Below are positions 27,516 to 38,416 of a DNA stretch of 64,000 bases, in pieces. The notes below the pieces were generated by a model that ran no database searches, had not been told where the DNA came from, and saw only the letters and a list, made by a program, of their open reading frames with translations. Source of the DNA: Candidatus Bathyarchaeota archaeon. Its GTDB lineage: Archaea; Thermoproteota; Bathyarchaeia; Bathyarchaeales; Bathycorpusculaceae. The stretch spans positions 448,001 through 512,000 of the forward strand of contig CAWHVC010000005.1 in the NCBI GenBank assembly GCA_963832745.1, given 5' to 3'. Positions within the stretch are counted from its first letter, which is position 1; every line of letters begins with the position of its first letter. A program made the position numbers and the translations under genes.

Positions 27516-28502
27516 TTAAAGAAGCGGATAAAAGACATTCAAAGGTTGCGCCTTAAACACTGGACTGATATAAGTGTCAACGCTTTCTATGTACTGAATT
27601 TTACGCATCTGGTCCATAAGATTAAACTCGTCATTAAAGTCTTCTAAAACATTGATAATCATCAAGTCATAAACTCCAATCAACCGGATAAGCACAATCG
27701 TGTTAGGCAATTTAAGAATCTGTGAATAAACCTCAGGCATCTTACTGCGATTAGACACTTTAATGAAATTATGCACCATAGCAGTATATCCAAGTTTAGT
27801 TAAATCCAAAGTGATGGTGGAAAGCCCCAGAAGATTCCCTTCAAGCTTTTTGAACCGTTGAATAGTGTTTTTAGTGGAAATACCCAACTGTTCAGCTATT
27901 TTCTTAAAAGGCATCCGTGAATTACCGGAAAGTATCTTGGCTATTTGACGGTCTCGCTCATCAAGAACTACTTCCTCATTGCTGATGGGAGGCATTTTTT
28001 TGAAGAGTATACTGTCTTCAGTAACGTTTGGCATAGGCTTGATAATTAGGTTTTCGCAGTGATCCATGTCGTTGGCGTTAGCCCAAATCATAGGGTCAAC
28101 ATGTTTAATGTAAATGTTTGATTCTAAGTCTTCGATTATTGTGGTTAAATCTTTGAGGTCTTTTAAGGCAACTTTTATTGCAATATTATATTTGCCGAAC
28201 ATTCCAAAGGTATGCATGATGTAAGGTCGAGTTTTTAAGAATTCAATTACGGTTTTCTCGTTTTCTATAGCAGTTAGGATGCCTATGTCGGCTATACACT
28301 TGTAACCTAAACTATTGGGGTTTACTTGCATTATTTGGCCGTTGATTATGCCGGCTTTTATCATGTTTTTGTAACGCATTCGGACGGCGCCGATAGTGAT
28401 TTTACATTCTTTAGCTATGTCTGTGAAACTTGTCCGTGAGTTCATTAGCAAAATTTTGAGTATTTTCGAGTCAATTTGGTCTATTTTTTTTCGAGGCTGC
28501 AT
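27516..28502 (-). CDS. Tandem double Lrp/AsnC regulator (paralog of the previous gene)
   Basis: Same architecture; shares GAVRMRYK, MQVNP.SLGYKCI.DIGIL and GISTKN.IQR. Confidence 0.9.
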   Translation of the reverse strand: MQPRKKIDQIDSKILKILLMNSRTSFTDIAKECKITIGAVRMRYKNMIKAGIINGQIMQVNPNSLGYKCIADIGILTAIENEKTVIEFLKTRPYIMHTFGMFGKYNIAIKVALKDLKDLTTIIEDLESNIYIKHVDPMIWANANDMDHCENLIIKPMPNVTEDSILFKKMPPISNEEVVLDERDRQIAKILSGNSRMPFKKIAEQLGISTKNTIQRFKKLEGNLLGLSTITLDLTKLGYTAMVHNFIKVSNRSKMPEVYSQILKLPNTIVLIRLIGVYDLMIINVLEDFNDEFNLMDQMRKIQYIESVDTYISPVFKAQPLNVFYPLL

Positions 28503-29108
28503 TAACCAACTCTTGACATACTCCTTTATTAATTTAACACTTTCTCAACCCATCATATCGGAAACACATTATACAATCAATAATCAATATTTTTCATAAA
28601 AAGTACCTGAGCAGCATTAACTTGAAAAAAATTAGGCCTAAGCTCTCACAACCCCCTTTTTGTAAAAAAAGAAATAGTTAAAAAAACAAAAAATAATTAA
28701 CAAAAACAAATCAAATAAAACATAACAACATAACAAATTCACCATAAATACTAACTCCGCCATTTTTCTGGATTGATAATGCAAGCACATACCATCTGAC
28801 CAAACCTAAAAGCCCGATTCACCAGCAACCAATCTAACCCAAATACTCATCAAAGTTTACTATGCAGCCTCAACAGTTCCCACCACATTGCAGCAGCAGT
28901 TAAGTCTACGCTTAGAAGACATCTACGATTTGGGAAAAAATACATATCTAACCTTTCTTTTTTGGGTTGCTGGAAACAGGCTGAATAGGCTCGAACGATA
29001 CTGCTTAAGCGATTGTAGTAGCGTACGTAAAATTGCAATCTCTCCTTAATTTACCAAGCCTCAGCAAACTCTTTCCAAAACCATCTTCAAATATTTTTTC
29101 TTATCAAC

Positions 29109-29936
29109 CTATAATGGTTGCTCAGACGCTTTTTTCCATAAATTTTCAAAATAAATTTTGCCCATCAAAATAATTGAATCATTACTTGACCACAACATTG
29201 GTGAACCAGATGGCCCCATATCAGGAGACGTTAATAGAAGCACTTCACGGTCATCATAAAGACTCATTAAAGCTGAAGACCCCGCCGGTATGTACTTGAA
29301 CTCTGAGCCGTTGTGATCCAGAATTTTTAGGGCTTCTTGATGTTCAGGAGGCAATTTTACGTTTTTTGGCGTCTCAACAATTAATCGATACTTCACGTTT
29401 CTGTCAACAGCTTTTTTTGTGTGAGTATTGAAATTGGATTTTAACAGGAACTTGTAGTGTTGCCATGAACTTATAACGTCAATGCTGACTTGTGCTTTTT
29501 GAATTAATTCTTTTCTTTTCTGCAGGGCTATTTCGGTTGCTGGAATCAAGAAAATGCTAGATTCTGCTTCAGGAAATTTTGTGTTAAAAGAGTGACTTTG
29601 TTCTACTTTATGAATCCATTTTTCTGTCTTTTCAGGGGCTTGTTTTGCTTTTTGTTCCGTCAGCAAAGAGATTGATTTCTTTAGTGGAATTGCCTCGAAA
29701 ATTTCTGGGTTTGTTAAGGTTTTTTTGATAATCTTTAATTTTTGAAAATCTGCTAATATACTTTTAACATCTGTGGAAGAAACGTTTGAGTGCTTAGCTA
29801 ATGTTTTAGCGTCTAAGCTTCCAAACTTGATTAACGTAAGGTAAACTCTTGCTTCGATAGGGCTGAAACCCAGTAGTCTCAAAGTTTCCTCGAGTAGCAC
29901 CATCATTTTTCTCCTATGCAGGAACAAAATAGTCAC
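29109..29936 (-). CDS. TrmB-family regulator
   Basis: LGFSPIEARVYLTL HTH plus a PLD-like effector domain (SLYDDREVLL, YFENLW). Confidence 0.88.
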   Translation of the reverse strand: MTILFLHRRKMMVLLEETLRLLGFSPIEARVYLTLIKFGSLDAKTLAKHSNVSSTDVKSILADFQKLKIIKKTLTNPEIFEAIPLKKSISLLTEQKAKQAPEKTEKWIHKVEQSHSFNTKFPEAESSIFLIPATEIALQKRKELIQKAQVSIDVISSWQHYKFLLKSNFNTHTKKAVDRNVKYRLIVETPKNVKLPPEHQEALKILDHNGSEFKYIPAGSSALMSLYDDREVLLLTSPDMGPSGSPMLWSSNDSIILMGKIYFENLWKKASEQPL

Positions 29937-30130
29937 GTTAAAAAGCTTTTAAGCCTTACTATAAACAGAATCAAGCCAACAACTTGTAAAATGTTTCTTT
30001 TACGATTAAATTTTAATCAAAACTAAAAACAGTTATTAATTAAAAGCAAGTGTACGGGAATGGACAAGGCTTTGATTTTTTGCTTTTATCCGCTATACTC
30101 GGATCTGGGAAATTAACTTTTTAAAATTTT

Positions 30131-30952
30131 TTAGGGTGGCTGAATGTACGCTGTTTTCCAAAGACTGTCAAAGTAACTGTTGCCAATTGAAACAATAGAA
30201 TCATTATTTGACCACAAAACTGGTGAGACAAACGGGCCCTCATTAGGAGACATCATTAAAAGCATTTCACGGTTATCATATAGGCTCATTATCGCCGAGG
30301 GTTCAGCCAATGTATATCTTAAAGTCGAGTTGTTTTTTTCCAAAATTTTCAGTGCCTCATGATGTTCACAGGGCAGTCTTGCTTTTTTTGGAGTTTCAAG
30401 AATTATCCTGTATTTTACGTTTCTTTTAATTGCGATTTTTGTCTGCTCATTAAAATTTGAGTTTAGCAAATACTTGTAATGTTGCCATGAGCTAATAACA
30501 TCAATTTTGAATTGAGCTTTCTGGATTAGTTCCTTTCGTTTTTCAAGTGCTGCCTTAGTGGCTGGAATTAGGAACAGGTTATTTTGAGTTTCTGGAAAGT
30601 TAGTGTTCAAATATTGTTTTTGTTGTAATTCCATGATGAGTATTTTGGTTTTTTTCTGGGTCTGTTTTACTTCTTTTACTTTATGCTCCATCAGTGTGGA
30701 GAGTGAATGTTTTATTGGAGTGGCCTCAAACATTACGGGATTTGTTATTATTTTTTGGGCTATTCCTAACTTTTGAAAGTTGTTCATGATTCTATAAATG
30801 TCTGGCCGGGCAACGTTTGAGTATTTTGCCAAGGTTTTAGCGCTTAATCTACCCGATTTAACCAGAGTTAGGTAGACGCGTGCTTGGATAGGACTGAATC
30901 CCAGTAGCTTTAAGGTTTGCTCTTTTTCCTGTGCCACTGTTGATTTCTCCAT
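30131..30952 (-). CDS. TrmB-family regulator (paralog of the previous gene)
   Basis: LGFSPIQARVYLTL, ARPDIYR, IDVISSWQHYK shared with its neighbour, YFDSLW. Confidence 0.9.
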   Translation of the reverse strand: MEKSTVAQEKEQTLKLLGFSPIQARVYLTLVKSGRLSAKTLAKYSNVARPDIYRIMNNFQKLGIAQKIITNPVMFEATPIKHSLSTLMEHKVKEVKQTQKKTKILIMELQQKQYLNTNFPETQNNLFLIPATKAALEKRKELIQKAQFKIDVISSWQHYKYLLNSNFNEQTKIAIKRNVKYRIILETPKKARLPCEHHEALKILEKNNSTLRYTLAEPSAIMSLYDNREMLLMMSPNEGPFVSPVLWSNNDSIVSIGNSYFDSLWKTAYIQPP

Positions 30953-31076
30953 TTTGAACAGTTTTTATTTAGTTTTGAAATACTTTTAAGCTTTTCTTGT
31001 AAGTGGAGCAATCACTAACAACTTTTTATATAATTTTTTCAAACATTAAGAAGTCACACAATCAGGAGAAACAAAA

Positions 31077-33511
31077 ATGAACAAAACAATGATAAAAAAC
31101 AAAACCACCGCAATCTTCTTTGCAATTCTTATGATTACTTCGACAATATTACTTACAAATACACCCGCAAACGCTCAATCACAACCCACTCAACCAGTAA
31201 CAGGATCATTACCCAACGGAATCACCCCTGACGCGACAGCTAACGTCAGAGCATTTCTCAGTTTTAGACCAAATCCAGTCGGCGTTGGTCAAACAATCCT
31301 TATCAATATGTGGACTTCCGTAGCGGTCGGAGCTGGAAGAATGCATCATGACTACACATTAACAATCACAGACCCAAATGGTGCTCAGGAGATAAAAAAA
31401 TTTGATACTTACCCTAACGATGGAACTGCATGGTACGAAATGACAGTAGACACACCTGGAACATGGAAATTCAAGTTTGATTTCATTGGAACCTATTTCC
31501 CTGCGGGCTATTATATTGATGGCTACATGGTTAACGCTACCACGGGCGGCACAAACTATTCAGAATCCTGCTATTACCCTCCGGCATCAACTCAGGAACA
31601 AACACTTACTGTGCAAGAAGACATTGTTGCTTCTTGGCCTCCGGCACAGCTACCAACCGATTATTGGACAAGACCAGTATCCATGATGAACAGAGAATGG
31701 TGGCCAATTTTAGGCAATTACCCATGGCCATATGGAAACGATAACTATGACTACGCAGGTCCTTATGTTATTTCACCCAACACTGCACACGTTGCATGGA
31801 AAAGACAAGGCGGAATCTATGGCTTAATCGGCGGTGATTTAGGCACAATGTCTAGCTATCAGGGAGGCATCGGAGGAGTCGCTGCTGGGTCACCAACAAT
31901 TATCTATATGGGTCGAGGTTACCAGACATTTAGCAAACCTGGCGTAGGCTCATTAGCACAGTGTTATGATATACGTACAGGCGAGATATTCTACGAAATA
32001 CCTATTGCAGAAGGTGGTGTGACACCAACAATTCTTTCATACCCGCCAGTAAGTTCACAAGGTACCTCTAATCCAGAGCTATTGACTATAAGCAGTAATA
32101 GGCTAATCAAAATTGATCCATGGACAGGACTGGTGACAGCAAATGTTACAGCAATGTCAGGTACTTTCCACAGTGGAGCCTATGTCCTTTCAACACAAAA
32201 CACCGCATCTGGTCCACGTCTAATCAACTGGACTACAGTTGGAACGAGCACGAACTTTACCAGCCGCATACAAAGCAACATATCAATTCCAATAACAAGC
32301 ATAAGCCTTTATGACTTTAACAGCGGTAACGGATTTCAAGTAACAGGCATCTCTAAAGGAGGTTCTTTTACCCAGCAAAGGATAATCGGCATAAACTTGG
32401 AGACAGGCGCACTTCTGTGGAACATAACAATTGATGAACCAAACTACAGCGGCAGCTGCAACGTCGCAGACAACGGCAAAGTCGCAATCCTATCTGAAGG
32501 CGGATACTTTGTAGCTTTTGACCAAACAACAGGCAATAAAGTGTGGAAAAGTGATGAAATGATGTATCCTTGGGATGCACCAGCATTCGGCGCATATGAT
32601 ATTGCCTCCGCTTACGGCTTAATAATACGGTCCGCTTACTCGGGAACTTATGCTTTTGATTGGAATACTGGAAAAATAGTTTGGAAATATGAAGCGCCAG
32701 CTAACGCGTATGAAACGCCATACACTAACGAGAATGGCACAACAGTTTATTCATGGAACGGAGGCATTCTTGTTTCAGACGGAAAAGTCTACAATTACAA
32801 TGCTGAACACTCACCAACAATGCCAATTACCAGAGGCTGGAGACTACACTGCATAAACGCATCAACCGGTCAAGGCATTTGGAACATAACAGGCTTTTCA
32901 GCTTCAAGAAACTTCCAAGGTGCAACAGCGGACGGTTACTTAGCCTTCGACAACTTTTATGACGGTTTCTTATACGTGTTTGGTAAAGGTGAAAGCGAAA
33001 CAACAGTTGCAGTGCCTCAAACAGCGGTAACACAGGGCCAAAGCGTGATTATCTCAGGAACAGTTCTAGACCAGTCACCAGGACAACCTGGAACACCATG
33101 TGTTAGCAAAGAATCGATGACCGCTTGGATGGAATACTTGCACATGCAGACACAAATATCCAATGGACGTTAAAGGCGTTCCAGTCTCTATTGACGCTAC
33201 TGACCCTAACGGAAACCTCGCTCATATTGGCGACGCAGTAACAGACATGAGCGGAACCTTTGGATTCACTTGGACACCAGAAATTGCTGGGGAATACAAA
33301 GTTACAGCAACCTTTGCAGGTGATGACTCTTATGGTAGCTCTTGGGCACAAACATATGCAACAGTAGTCGAGGCAACTTCAACGCCATCAACTCAGTCAG
33401 AAATAAGCTTTGATTCAATTAACAGCACAGTAACCACAACCATGATCAGTGGAGTAGTCGCAATATCATCCAATCGCAATTGTCGGCCTTTTAATGCTAA
33501 GAAAACATTAG
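31077..33511 (+). pseudogene. PQQ-like beta-propeller surface protein, frameshifted near the C-terminus
   Basis: Paralog of 7127-9661. Frameshift near 33156 (HMQTQ / YPMDVKGVPV) and near 33467, after which IAIVGLLMLRKH* (the TM anchor) ends at 33511. Confidence 0.82.
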
Positions 33512-33633
33512 AAACTCATAAACCCACTTTTCCTTTTTTAGATTTCCAAAAAGAGCTACATTACCTCTAACTTTACATAAGGCTACAGTTGCTTTTAGAA
33601 AAAAGCTAAAATGTTCCAGCACACTTCTTTTTA

Positions 33634-34698
33634 ATGTCCGGAGCCACTTTTATGGCATATAACGAGTTACGGAAAGATTATCTTCTCAACCGTTGGGTAG
33701 TAATCGCTACAGAACGCGGCAGACGACCAACAGATTTCGCCAAACCCCGCAATGAACCAGCAAAAAACAGCAATTGCCCAATGTGCGTCGGCAACGAACA
33801 TATGACGCCACCAGCAAGCATGCTTTACCTTAAAGAAAACGGTCAAATCAAACACGCCGTTGACCCCGCTACGGGTGAACGCCCAAAAAACTGGCTTATA
33901 CGCAGCTTTCCAAATCTTTATCCCGCTTTTGCTCCACCTAAAAACACTCAAGACGAAGCCGACGCCGAAGTTTTGGGACGTTACGGTTATGGTTTTGCCA
34001 TTGGAGAACATGAGGTTTTAGCTGAATCACCCAACCACAGTGAAAGCCCAGCGGATGCTGAGTTGCCTCAGTTGGAATTGTTGATTAAAGCGTACATTGA
34101 CAGGCTTACCCAGTTCAGCGTTAAACCCTTTGTTAAGTATGTACAGATTTTCCGTAATTATGGACATGAAGCAGGCGCCTCATTATCTCATGCACACAGC
34201 CAAATCATTGCAACACCAATTATTCCTTCAATAGTTGCTGATGAACAAGCTGCAAGCAAAACCTATTTTGAACAGAACAAGAAATGCTTTTTCTGCGATT
34301 TAGCTGAAAAAGAAGCTAAAAGTCCACGCTTGATTCTGGAAAATGAGCATTTTCTGGTTTTTGCACCGTACTCAAGCATTACCCCTATGGAGTTCTGGAT
34401 ACTGCCTAAACGCCACTCCCCAAACATGCTTGACTTGTCAGAAACTGAAATCACATCTTTTGCTAAAACACTTAAAACCAGCCTAAAAGCCCTAAAAACC
34501 CTCGTAAATGACCCTCCATACAATTACGGTTTCCACCTCGCAATTAACAAGGATGCCCAAAACAGTTACCACTGGCACTTAGAGGTTTATCCAAAATTGT
34601 CGATTTGGGCAGGCTTTGAGTTAAGCACAGGAATCTACATCAACACCGTAACGCCGGAAAACGCTGCCTCAGAACTTAAAAAGGTTATAGACTCTTAG
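33634..34698 (+). CDS. galT: Galactose-1-phosphate uridylyltransferase family protein
   Basis: ELRKD...WVVIATERGRRP, CPMCVGNE, PNLYPA, AGASLSHAHSQ, YHWHLE. Confidence 0.92.
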   Translation: MSGATFMAYNELRKDYLLNRWVVIATERGRRPTDFAKPRNEPAKNSNCPMCVGNEHMTPPASMLYLKENGQIKHAVDPATGERPKNWLIRSFPNLYPAFAPPKNTQDEADAEVLGRYGYGFAIGEHEVLAESPNHSESPADAELPQLELLIKAYIDRLTQFSVKPFVKYVQIFRNYGHEAGASLSHAHSQIIATPIIPSIVADEQAASKTYFEQNKKCFFCDLAEKEAKSPRLILENEHFLVFAPYSSITPMEFWILPKRHSPNMLDLSETEITSFAKTLKTSLKALKTLVNDPPYNYGFHLAINKDAQNSYHWHLEVYPKLSIWAGFELSTGIYINTVTPENAASELKKVIDS

Positions 34699-36763
34699 TT
34701 TTAACTGTTTCAAGTGTTGGCTCAATGCCCAGCACATCTTCCACGTAAGCGCGTAACAGTTCAGCAACACTCCAAGCCTGCGCGACACAGCCCCGTGGTT
34801 CATTAGGCGGGTCACAATCAAAAATTTCGTTAATCGACCCCAAGCAGCCATGATGAATCGTTTGACCAAGCAGCGGCAACACAAAATTTTGCAGCGCCAA
34901 CTTGTGTGGTTCAGAATCAGCACCGTAAATTTTCAGGTATGCCGTAATGAATGGCCCAAGTAGCCATGGCCAGATTGTGCCGTTATGATAAGCGGTGTCT
35001 CGGCTTCTTCTGTTCCCTTCGCATTTTCCGACAAATTTAGGGTCATCAAGCGACAAAGTGCGCAGGCCATAAGGCGTAACAAGTTCACTATTCACTAAAT
35101 CAACGACGTGTTTGCCTTTAAGTTGGTCAAGCATACAGTAATCTAAAGAAACCGCCAAAATCTGGTTTGGACGAATTGTCGCGTCAGCTCCAGAGGTGTC
35201 TATTACGTCGTAGAGGCAGGCTTTGTTGGAGTTCCAGAATTTCTGGTTAAAACTTATACTGGCTTTCTCTGCAATGTCGGCGTAGTGAGTGGCTAAATCG
35301 TTTTCTTCAAACTCGCTTGCCAGAAGTTGCATAGTTTTTAGGGCGTTGTACCATAGGGCTTGGATTTCTACGGCTTTACCTTTTCGTGGAGTAACGTCTT
35401 CGCCATCCACATACGCGTCCATCCATGTAAGTCTTGAACCGTGGGCAAGCAAACTATCAGTGTCAAGATGAATGTTAAACAGGGTGCCTTTTTCGTGGTT
35501 GGCAATTATAGATTTTAGTGCTTCCCAAAGGTTCTGTTTTATGTAGTCATAGTTGCGGGTGTATTTTATGTACTGCAAGACTGCGTTAATGTACCAAAGT
35601 GTGCCGTCAACAGTGTTGTAGGAAGGTTGAGCAGATTTATCAGTGATGTAATTGGGAATAAGCCCGTCACTGCAGTATTGAATAAAATTTGAAAAGATGT
35701 CTTCGGCGTCACTATATCTACCGGTTACAAGCATTAAGCCCGGCAGCGAGATGAAGGTGTCTCTACCCCATGGTTCAAACCAGTGGTAACCGGCAATGAT
35801 AGATTTGCGTCTTTGTGAGTTTTGAACTATAAAGGCGTCGGCTGCTTGCAGTATCCAGTTTAACCAGTCAGTCATAGGCACCTCAGTTTGCAACTGGTAA
35901 AAATCCATAAGTAAACTACTCAGATGTGCCAACTCGTGATTGTAAGCTTCCATTGTTTGGTCCATTTGCGAGCCAATTGAATCAATGATTAACCGGTTTT
36001 CTTGAGCATCTCTGCTTGCAGCCGTTGTCAACGCAAACGTGCTTTCGCTCTCTGCGGGAACGGTGACTTCAAAAGTTCCTGGTTGATAGCAATCGTCGTT
36101 GCTTGATTCACCGCGGAATTCTTCGTCACGATAAAGTAACCGGTCTACCCAGTTGCCCTTTTCTTTGAAGACTCCGCTTGTTGTGCGACAGGTGATGGTT
36201 GCGTTTTGTTCTGGGAAGGTAAGTTCGACTTCTTTGCTGCTTTGTTGCTGAGTAAAGTGCAATGGAGCTTTTTGCTGGTCAGTTATGTTGTGGTAGTAAC
36301 GGCAGTTAACCATTGGATAAATTGCCAATTTAGCATCTAATTTGCTTTGGTTTGATATTTTGTACAAGGCACAAACGGCGTTTTTGAGTTTAGGCATGAA
36401 AATTGTCTTGTTTACTTCTAACGTGTTTAAACTGTAAGTGTAAGTGGGAAATGGACTAATCGAGAACTGTTTGATTAACTTATAACCTTGCGGATAAATA
36501 GTGTCATTAAACTCGTTACTGCCAAGCCTAAATGTTCCATCTCCAAAGGATAAGTCTTCATCCAGCTTTGAAAGGCAAACCATGCGGTCGCCAGGGGGAT
36601 TCAACGCTGCAACAAGCAGTCCATGATATTTTCGTGTATTTATGCCTAAAACTGTGCTGGAAGCATAGCCGCCGATGCCGTTGGTTATCAGCCATTCCTT
36701 CTTGATTAAGTCCTTAAAGTTACTAAGAGCTTGCTGGTTGAAGGTTATGGCTGGCAGCTTCAT
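34685..36763 (-). CDS. Amylo-alpha-1,6-glucosidase (glycogen debranching enzyme)
   Basis: EWLITNGIGGYAS, IAGYHWF..WGRDT, LTWMDA, YHNGTIWPWL, AQAWSVAE. Confidence 0.94.
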   Translation of the reverse strand: MKLPAITFNQQALSNFKDLIKKEWLITNGIGGYASSTVLGINTRKYHGLLVAALNPPGDRMVCLSKLDEDLSFGDGTFRLGSNEFNDTIYPQGYKLIKQFSISPFPTYTYSLNTLEVNKTIFMPKLKNAVCALYKISNQSKLDAKLAIYPMVNCRYYHNITDQQKAPLHFTQQQSSKEVELTFPEQNATITCRTTSGVFKEKGNWVDRLLYRDEEFRGESSNDDCYQPGTFEVTVPAESESTFALTTAASRDAQENRLIIDSIGSQMDQTMEAYNHELAHLSSLLMDFYQLQTEVPMTDWLNWILQAADAFIVQNSQRRKSIIAGYHWFEPWGRDTFISLPGLMLVTGRYSDAEDIFSNFIQYCSDGLIPNYITDKSAQPSYNTVDGTLWYINAVLQYIKYTRNYDYIKQNLWEALKSIIANHEKGTLFNIHLDTDSLLAHGSRLTWMDAYVDGEDVTPRKGKAVEIQALWYNALKTMQLLASEFEENDLATHYADIAEKASISFNQKFWNSNKACLYDVIDTSGADATIRPNQILAVSLDYCMLDQLKGKHVVDLVNSELVTPYGLRTLSLDDPKFVGKCEGNRRSRDTAYHNGTIWPWLLGPFITAYLKIYGADSEPHKLALQNFVLPLLGQTIHHGCLGSINEIFDCDPPNEPRGCVAQAWSVAELLRAYVEDVLGIEPTLETVKTKSL

Positions 36764-36764
36764 A

Positions 36765-37646
36765 CTAGGTCATCAACTTTGCAATGTTCTTGTCTCTTGG
36801 AACACAGAAATAGTTTGCTACCGGAACACATTTAGTCCTAAACAAGTGCAGGTGCGGTTTAGTGTACTTGTACTCGGTTAATGTTTCCGCGTAACCCATA
36901 CCTTTGGCGATGACTAGTTTGGCTTCGTCGTAAACTTTCAGAAAATCAGGTGAAACCTCTTTTTTCAGAAGTCCCACAGCGTCGGTTCCAGTAGTTATGA
37001 TTTCGTCGGCAAGCTTATCCATATTCGAAATCTCCACATCCTCCAAGGTAGCGTCATTAATCACTGGAGCACCTTTAACAACATAGGTAACTTTTAAGCC
37101 CATGTTTTTCAGTTGCTCAACAAGCAACGTGTCAAAGACGATTTCGCCAGCGTTATCTGCAAGGTACAGAACGCTGTCAGTTTTTTTGGTTAGCTCATAA
37201 GCTTTGTCAATGTCGTCGATAACTAAGTCTTTGGCGGCTTCCTTAAGAGTTTTCGATAAATCTTTCAAAGTAAATTTGTGACCAGGAATGTCAAATTCCA
37301 TAATGTTACCAACAATGGCGCATAAGCAAGCCTTTTTGAATCTTTCTTGCTGAGTGTAACCTGCATGAACGAACTTTTTGGCCTGCGGCAACAGTTTTAG
37401 GGCTTTTTCGTTAGCTGCTTTCTTGCTCATCTTGTAAGGATCAGGATTGCTGGTTAATTGCCGGATAATGCGGTCTCTTGTTGTGCCGATGTCGGCAGCG
37501 ACAGTGGATGGTTTGAAGTCACGGTTAATTAGTTTAACAACTTCAGCCATGCATCTAAACCGCAATGCGGGGTTTGTGGTGGCTTGATATATTTGGGTTT
37601 GTGCCCGTGAAAGCAGGCATGAGGCGCATTCAGGTTCAACTTTCAA
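36765..37646 (-). CDS. DUF89/ARMT1-like metal-dependent phosphatase
   Basis: ECASC, DPYK..K, DNAGEIVFD, INDAT, KGMGYAE. Confidence 0.92.
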   Translation of the reverse strand: MKVEPECASCLLSRAQTQIYQATTNPALRFRCMAEVVKLINRDFKPSTVAADIGTTRDRIIRQLTSNPDPYKMSKKAANEKALKLLPQAKKFVHAGYTQQERFKKACLCAIVGNIMEFDIPGHKFTLKDLSKTLKEAAKDLVIDDIDKAYELTKKTDSVLYLADNAGEIVFDTLLVEQLKNMGLKVTYVVKGAPVINDATLEDVEISNMDKLADEIITTGTDAVGLLKKEVSPDFLKVYDEAKLVIAKGMGYAETLTEYKYTKPHLHLFRTKCVPVANYFCVPRDKNIAKLMT

Positions 37647-37663
37647 ATTTGGTCACATGCAAT

Positions 37664-38356
<693 letters not shown>

Positions 38357-38416
38357 TTAGCCTTAGAGCTAACCGCTTTTATTATTTACCATACAAAAAA
38401 TATAGACAGGATGGCT

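Noticed and set aside
28780-29100. Short ORF 28850-29038 between the Lrp and TrmB genes
   Set aside because: No recognisable motif or SD; probably decayed sequence.
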